Both the position numbers and the translations under genes were made by a program. Shown piece by piece: positions 24,838-28,416 of a stretch of DNA of 28,416 nt (position 1 is its first letter; the number at the start of each line of letters is the position of its first letter). The stretch is from Acutalibacteraceae bacterium (GTDB taxonomy: Bacteria > Bacillota > Clostridia > Oscillospirales > Acutalibacteraceae), in assembly GCA_045643685.1 (NCBI GenBank), contig JAZRFO010000088.1, positions 1 through 28,416 on the forward strand, given 5' to 3'. Under the pieces are notes generated by a model that was not told where the DNA came from, made no database searches, and was given only the letters and a program-made list of their open reading frames with translations.

Positions 24838-24913
24838 CCCTCCTGCGTAAGGAGGAGGGGGAACACCGTCAGGTGGTGGGAGGTCCTATCCCTGTGCGTA
24901 TTGCCGTAGGGAT
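24838..24913. repeat. Cluster of GC-rich palindromic (REP-like) hairpins
   Basis: CCTCCT-GCGTA-AGGAGG; CACCG-TCAGG-TGGTG then GGAGG; ATCCCT...AGGGAT. Only one copy in the window, so repeat status is inferred. Confidence 0.4.
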
Positions 24914-24964
24914 GGTGGGGCGTTCTCTTGCGGTTCTACGTCTGTTGAATATAACAAGATAAAA

Positions 24965-24996
24965 AAGACGTTGTGTATTGATTTACACAACGTCTT
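24965..24996. terminator. Terminator of ychF (symmetric, likely bidirectional)
   Basis: AAGACGTTGTGTA-TTGATT-TACACAACGTCTT, 13-bp perfect stem with A/T tracts on both sides. Confidence 0.88.
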
Positions 24997-25000
24997 CTTT

Positions 25001-26095
25001 TTATACGTTAAATCTGAAAAGAACTATGTCGCCGTCCTGCATTACGTATTCCTTACCTTCGGAACGAACAAGACCTTTTTCTTTTGCTACCTGCATTGAA
25101 CCGCAGTCCATAAGCACGTCAAAGGAAACTACCTCTGCACGGATGAAACCGCGTTCAAAGTCGGAGTGGATTTTACCTGCCGCCTGAGGTGCCTTTGTAC
25201 CTTTCTTAATAGTCCAGGCTCTTACCTCGGGTTGACCTGCAGTAAGGTAACTCATAAGACCTAAAAGGTCGTAGCTTCTTTCGATAAGCAAGTCAAGACC
25301 GCCTGTTTCAATACCAAGCTCGGAGAGGAACATTTCTTTTTCTTCTTTGTCGAGCTCTGCAATCTGTGCTTCAAGCTCTGCGCAAATGGGGAGTACCTGA
25401 CTTCCTTCTTCTGCGGCAAGAGTTTTAACTGCATTGTAACGGGCGTTACCGTCGATGTTTGATGCGAAATCTTCCTCGCTCATATTACAAGCGTAAATAA
25501 CGGGTTTTGAAGTAAGTAAAGCAACCGTGTCGATGATTTCCTTTTCGTCATCGGTTAATTCAACTGCTCTCGCACAAATACCATTGTCAAGGGCTTCGCG
25601 AACTCTTTCAAGAACTGCAAGTTCGGATGCAAGTGTTTTGTCACCCTTCATAGCCTTTGTGGTTCTGTCAATTCGTCTTTGTAAAATTTCAGCATCGGAA
25701 AGGATAAGCTCAAGGTTGATTGTTTCAATATCTCGCTGGGGGTCAACAGAGCCGTCAACGTGCATAATATCGTCGTTATCAAAGCAACGAACAACGTGAA
25801 TAATAGCGTCAACCTCACGGATGTGCGAAAGGAACTTGTTGCCAAGACCTTCACCCTGTGAAGCGCCCTTAACAAGACCTGCAATATCAACAAATTCGAT
25901 TGTAGCAGGTGTAACCTTAGCGGGGTTATACATATCACAAAGTGCATCGAGACGCTTGTCGGGAACTGCTACCACACCAACGTTGGGTTCGATGGTACAG
26001 AAAGCATAGTTAGCCGCCTGAGCACCTGCGTTTGTAAGTGCATTAAAAAGAGTACTTTTACCTACGTTAGGTAAACCAACAATACCAAGTTTCAT
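25001..26095 (-). CDS. ychF: Redox-regulated ATPase YchF (Obg family)
   Basis: [29 protein letters not shown]-terminal TGS domain with [17 protein letters not shown] and YVMQDGD. Confidence 0.98.
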   Translation of the reverse strand: MKLGIVGLPNVGKSTLFNALTNAGAQAANYAFCTIEPNVGVVAVPDKRLDALCDMYNPAKVTPATIEFVDIAGLVKGASQGEGLGNKFLSHIREVDAIIHVVRCFDNDDIMHVDGSVDPQRDIETINLELILSDAEILQRRIDRTTKAMKGDKTLASELAVLERVREALDNGICARAVELTDDEKEIIDTVALLTSKPVIYACNMSEEDFASNIDGNARYNAVKTLAAEEGSQVLPICAELEAQIAELDKEEKEMFLSELGIETGGLDLLIERSYDLLGLMSYLTAGQPEVRAWTIKKGTKAPQAAGKIHSDFERGFIRAEVVSFDVLMDCGSMQVAKEKGLVRSEGKEYVMQDGDIVLFRFNV

Positions 26096-26128
26096 TTAAT
26101 AAACTTCCTTTTCTTTATTTCGGGAAGT

Positions 26129-26157
26129 ATTTTAACACATTATAATCGGTATTTCAA
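26129..26157 (-). promoter_or_regulatory. Sigma-A promoter of ychF
   Basis: TTGAAA, 17 bp, TAAAAT. Confidence 0.6.
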
Positions 26158-26212
26158 TGTTTTTAATTATAAATTATTTCACATGAGGGATAATATTTTC
26201 TGAGGTGATAGT

Positions 26213-27091
26213 TTGAATTTCAGAACAGACCTTGCTCTTGAACGTAAGGAAATGATGAAAACTGAGTTGGATGGAGTAGAGGTAAAGGAATATGAGAATG
26301 ACGAGTGTAAAACCACGGTAATTGATATTAAAACATCCTCTGCGGCAGAAAAATTGGATAAAGGTATCGGCAGGTATATTACCCTCGAAATGAACCCATT
26401 TGCCCACGAGGCGGCGGTGTCCGACGGAAGATTACAGGCTTTAAGGGATAGTATAAAAAAACTTCTTCCCGATGGTGATGGCACTGTGCTTGTTGCAGGT
26501 GTGGGTAATATGAGTATTACCTCCGATGCATTAGGACCTATGACCGCATCTATGATTTTTGCTACCCGTCATATAGATGATGAGTTGCGTAAAAATGCAG
26601 GGTTCGATGAAAAATTGCGCCCTGTCTGTGCGGTTTCTACAGGGGTTTTAGGGCAGACGGGAATTGAGTCGGGTGAGTATATAAAAAGTATATGTGAGGC
26701 CGTTAAGCCTGAAATTGTTATAACTATAGATGCCCTTGCGGCAGGTAGTATTACAAGGCTAGGTACAACCGTGCAGATGTCCGACACGGGCATTGCGCCC
26801 GGCTCGGGTATAGGTAACGCACGTAAAAGAATTGATGCGGATTTTCTGGGTGTTCCTGTTATTGCCGTAGGTGTTCCAACGGTGGTTGATGCGGTTTCAC
26901 TTGCTTGTGAGCTTTCGGGGACTGATATAAAACATATTAATAAAAAACAAGTGGAAAACGGCTCGGGGCTTATAGTTGCACCAAAGGATATTGATTTAAT
27001 GGTGAAAAATGCATCGTATCTTCTGGCGCTTGCCATAAATTGTGCCTTGCAACCCACTTTGAGTGTTAAGGAGATTTATGGTCTGATGTAA
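26213..27091 (+). CDS. gpr: Germination protease GPR endopeptidase
   Basis: TTG start after GAGGTGA; RTDLALE N-terminus; catalytic Asp motifs SDALGP and IDALAA; GSGIGN; GVPTVV; upstream of spoIIP. Confidence 0.95.
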   Translation: MNFRTDLALERKEMMKTELDGVEVKEYENDECKTTVIDIKTSSAAEKLDKGIGRYITLEMNPFAHEAAVSDGRLQALRDSIKKLLPDGDGTVLVAGVGNMSITSDALGPMTASMIFATRHIDDELRKNAGFDEKLRPVCAVSTGVLGQTGIESGEYIKSICEAVKPEIVITIDALAAGSITRLGTTVQMSDTGIAPGSGIGNARKRIDADFLGVPVIAVGVPTVVDAVSLACELSGTDIKHINKKQVENGSGLIVAPKDIDLMVKNASYLLALAINCALQPTLSVKEIYGLM

Positions 27092-27117
27092 TAAATTTTT
27101 CGCCTCCGTCATAATTT
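27089..27117 (+). promoter_or_regulatory. Putative sigma-E promoter of spoIIP
   Basis: TAATAAA (27089-27095) fits ZHATAXX; 14-bp spacer; CATAATTT (27110-27117) matches CATACAHT at 6/8. Confidence 0.65.
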
Positions 27118-27133
27118 TTAGGTGACGGAGGTG
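27101..27133 (+). promoter_or_regulatory. Anti-Shine-Dalgarno hairpin covering the spoIIP RBS
   Basis: CGCCTCCGTCAT (27101-27112) pairs with GTGACGGAGGTG (27122-27133): 12 bp including 2 G-U. SD GGAGGTG is at 27127-27133. Confidence 0.7.
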
Positions 27134-27140
27134 GTCGGTT

Positions 27141-28235
27141 ATGGGTCGTAACAACAGTTTAAAGGGTGTGCTTTCTTTTGGGCTTTGTGCCGTGCTTTTG
27201 GTGTGTAGTATTTACGGAGGGGATTTTTTCGGTATTGCAACAGGCTTTATTTTTGAAAAACTTTCTACCAACGAGGAAATAAACGCGGTTCTCATTACCA
27301 ACGGCAATTTTACCCGAAGTGAAAAAACCTATTCTATATCGGGCTATGGCGGTGGCGGTTACGCTAACGCTGTCAGTAATACCCCCACGGATATTGAAAC
27401 ATTAAAAACACAGGCTCTGTCGCAGTATAAAAAGTACAAGAAAAGCGGTGACATCAAGGAGCAACAAATGGGCGCTACCTCAAAGACCCTCGTTTACGGT
27501 GTGGTTAAGGTTGATAACAAAACTCAGAAGACTATATCTGTTAAAAATTATCTGGATAAAACACCATCTTATAATAAAATCACAAAAGATAAGCCCTGTA
27601 TCCTTATATATCATACCCACTCCACCGAAGGCTACGAAATGCTTGATTTGGGTTGGTATTCCAATCAGTACGTGTCACGGACAACCGACAAATCCAAGAA
27701 TATGATACGTGTGGGTGACGAGCTAACTAAAACTCTTGAAGCTGCAGGGTATAAGGTTATTCACGACCGTAATATTTACGATGAGTCATATAATGGTGCC
27801 TATTCGCGCTCAAGGGTGAGTGTTGAAAAGTATCTTGAAAAATACCCCGAAATACAAATAACCCTTGATGTACACAGAGATGCAATTCACTATGAAAGCG
27901 GAACGAAATGCAAACCCACTGCCACAATAAACGGCAAAAAGGCGGCACAGGTTATGATAATTTCGGGTTGCGAGGGCAACGGAGTTGAGGGTTTTACTTC
28001 CTGGGAAGAAAACCTTGTGTTTGCTCTTGATTTACAAAAGACTGCCGAAGAAAGAGCACAGGGACTTATGCGACCGGTGTATTTTTGTAATAGGAAATAC
28101 AATATGGATGTTACACCTTGTTCTTTGCTTCTTGAATTCGGCACTGATGCCAACACTCTTGAGGAGGCGGTGTATTCCGCACAGTTAATAGGGGAGTCAC
28201 TGGTGAAAATGTTAGATAAAGAGGTAAAAAAATAA
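27141..28235 (+). CDS. spoIIP: Stage II sporulation protein P (engulfment amidase/endopeptidase)
   Basis: N-terminal TM; ILIYHTHSTEGY, LDVHRDA, LLLEFGT...NT motifs; downstream of gpr. Confidence 0.95.
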   Translation: MGRNNSLKGVLSFGLCAVLLVCSIYGGDFFGIATGFIFEKLSTNEEINAVLITNGNFTRSEKTYSISGYGGGGYANAVSNTPTDIETLKTQALSQYKKYKKSGDIKEQQMGATSKTLVYGVVKVDNKTQKTISVKNYLDKTPSYNKITKDKPCILIYHTHSTEGYEMLDLGWYSNQYVSRTTDKSKNMIRVGDELTKTLEAAGYKVIHDRNIYDESYNGAYSRSRVSVEKYLEKYPEIQITLDVHRDAIHYESGTKCKPTATINGKKAAQVMIISGCEGNGVEGFTSWEENLVFALDLQKTAEERAQGLMRPVYFCNRKYNMDVTPCSLLLEFGTDANTLEEAVYSAQLIGESLVKMLDKEVKK

Positions 28236-28237
28236 TT

Positions 28238-28411
28238 ATGGAATTCAACAGATTGTTAAATGCATTTACTATTTCGGCAATTGTGATTTTGCTTGTTACG
28301 GCTCTTGTGGGTGCGGCTTTTACTGTTTCGAGCCGTGCCGAGAGTAATCTTGGTGCCGTCAGTAACTCGGAATATGAGAAAAATAACCAACTTATACACC
28401 CGATATTTTAA
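28238..28411 (+). CDS. Small single-pass membrane protein, 57 aa (below the ORF-track cutoff)
   Basis: ATG 2 nt after the spoIIP stop; translates as MEFNRLLNAFTISAIVILLVTALVGAAFTVSSRAESNLGAVSNSEYEKNNQLIHPIF*; GAGGT at 28221-28225. Confidence 0.6.
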   Translation: MEFNRLLNAFTISAIVILLVTALVGAAFTVSSRAESNLGAVSNSEYEKNNQLIHPIF

Positions 28412-28416
28412 CAAAA

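Noticed and set aside
26101-26128. ACTTCC/GGAAGT stem that could hide the ychF RBS
   Set aside because: Only 6 bp, and one arm lies between the predicted -10 box and the start site, so it is probably not transcribed.

Overview
Mostly core chromosome of an AT-rich, spore-forming Firmicute (Clostridia-like; taxonomy inferred from gene content). In order: a structured A-B-A repeat at the left edge; two tRNA-Ser genes (GCT, TGA) on the minus strand, with the tRNA-Ser(GCT) 3' end duplicated 227 bp away around a small structured insert; glgP; two tandem paralogous membrane-anchored proteins of unknown function; YhhN-like protein plus ttcA; an OmpR-family regulator / histidine kinase / HtrA operon; a surface protein with a cadherin-like domain; galM; an FHA-fused SEDS (RodA/FtsW) protein plus a class B PBP; an ABC ATPase plus a large FtsX-type permease; TetR; PHP protein; a putative beta-propeller protein; ychF; gpr-spoIIP; and a 57-aa small ORF. 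I see no integrase, transposase, cas gene or defence gene. The best candidates for something new are non-coding: (1) a sigma-E promoter embedded in a hairpin that hides the spoIIP Shine-Dalgarno only in gpr read-through mRNA; (2) the 227-bp element at tRNA-Ser(GCT), which carries an internal anti-CCA sequence; (3) several structured intergenic repeat families; (4) a five-unit direct-repeat array with 10-11 bp phasing upstream of the FHA-SEDS/PBP operon. All calls are by eye and no database searches were run.
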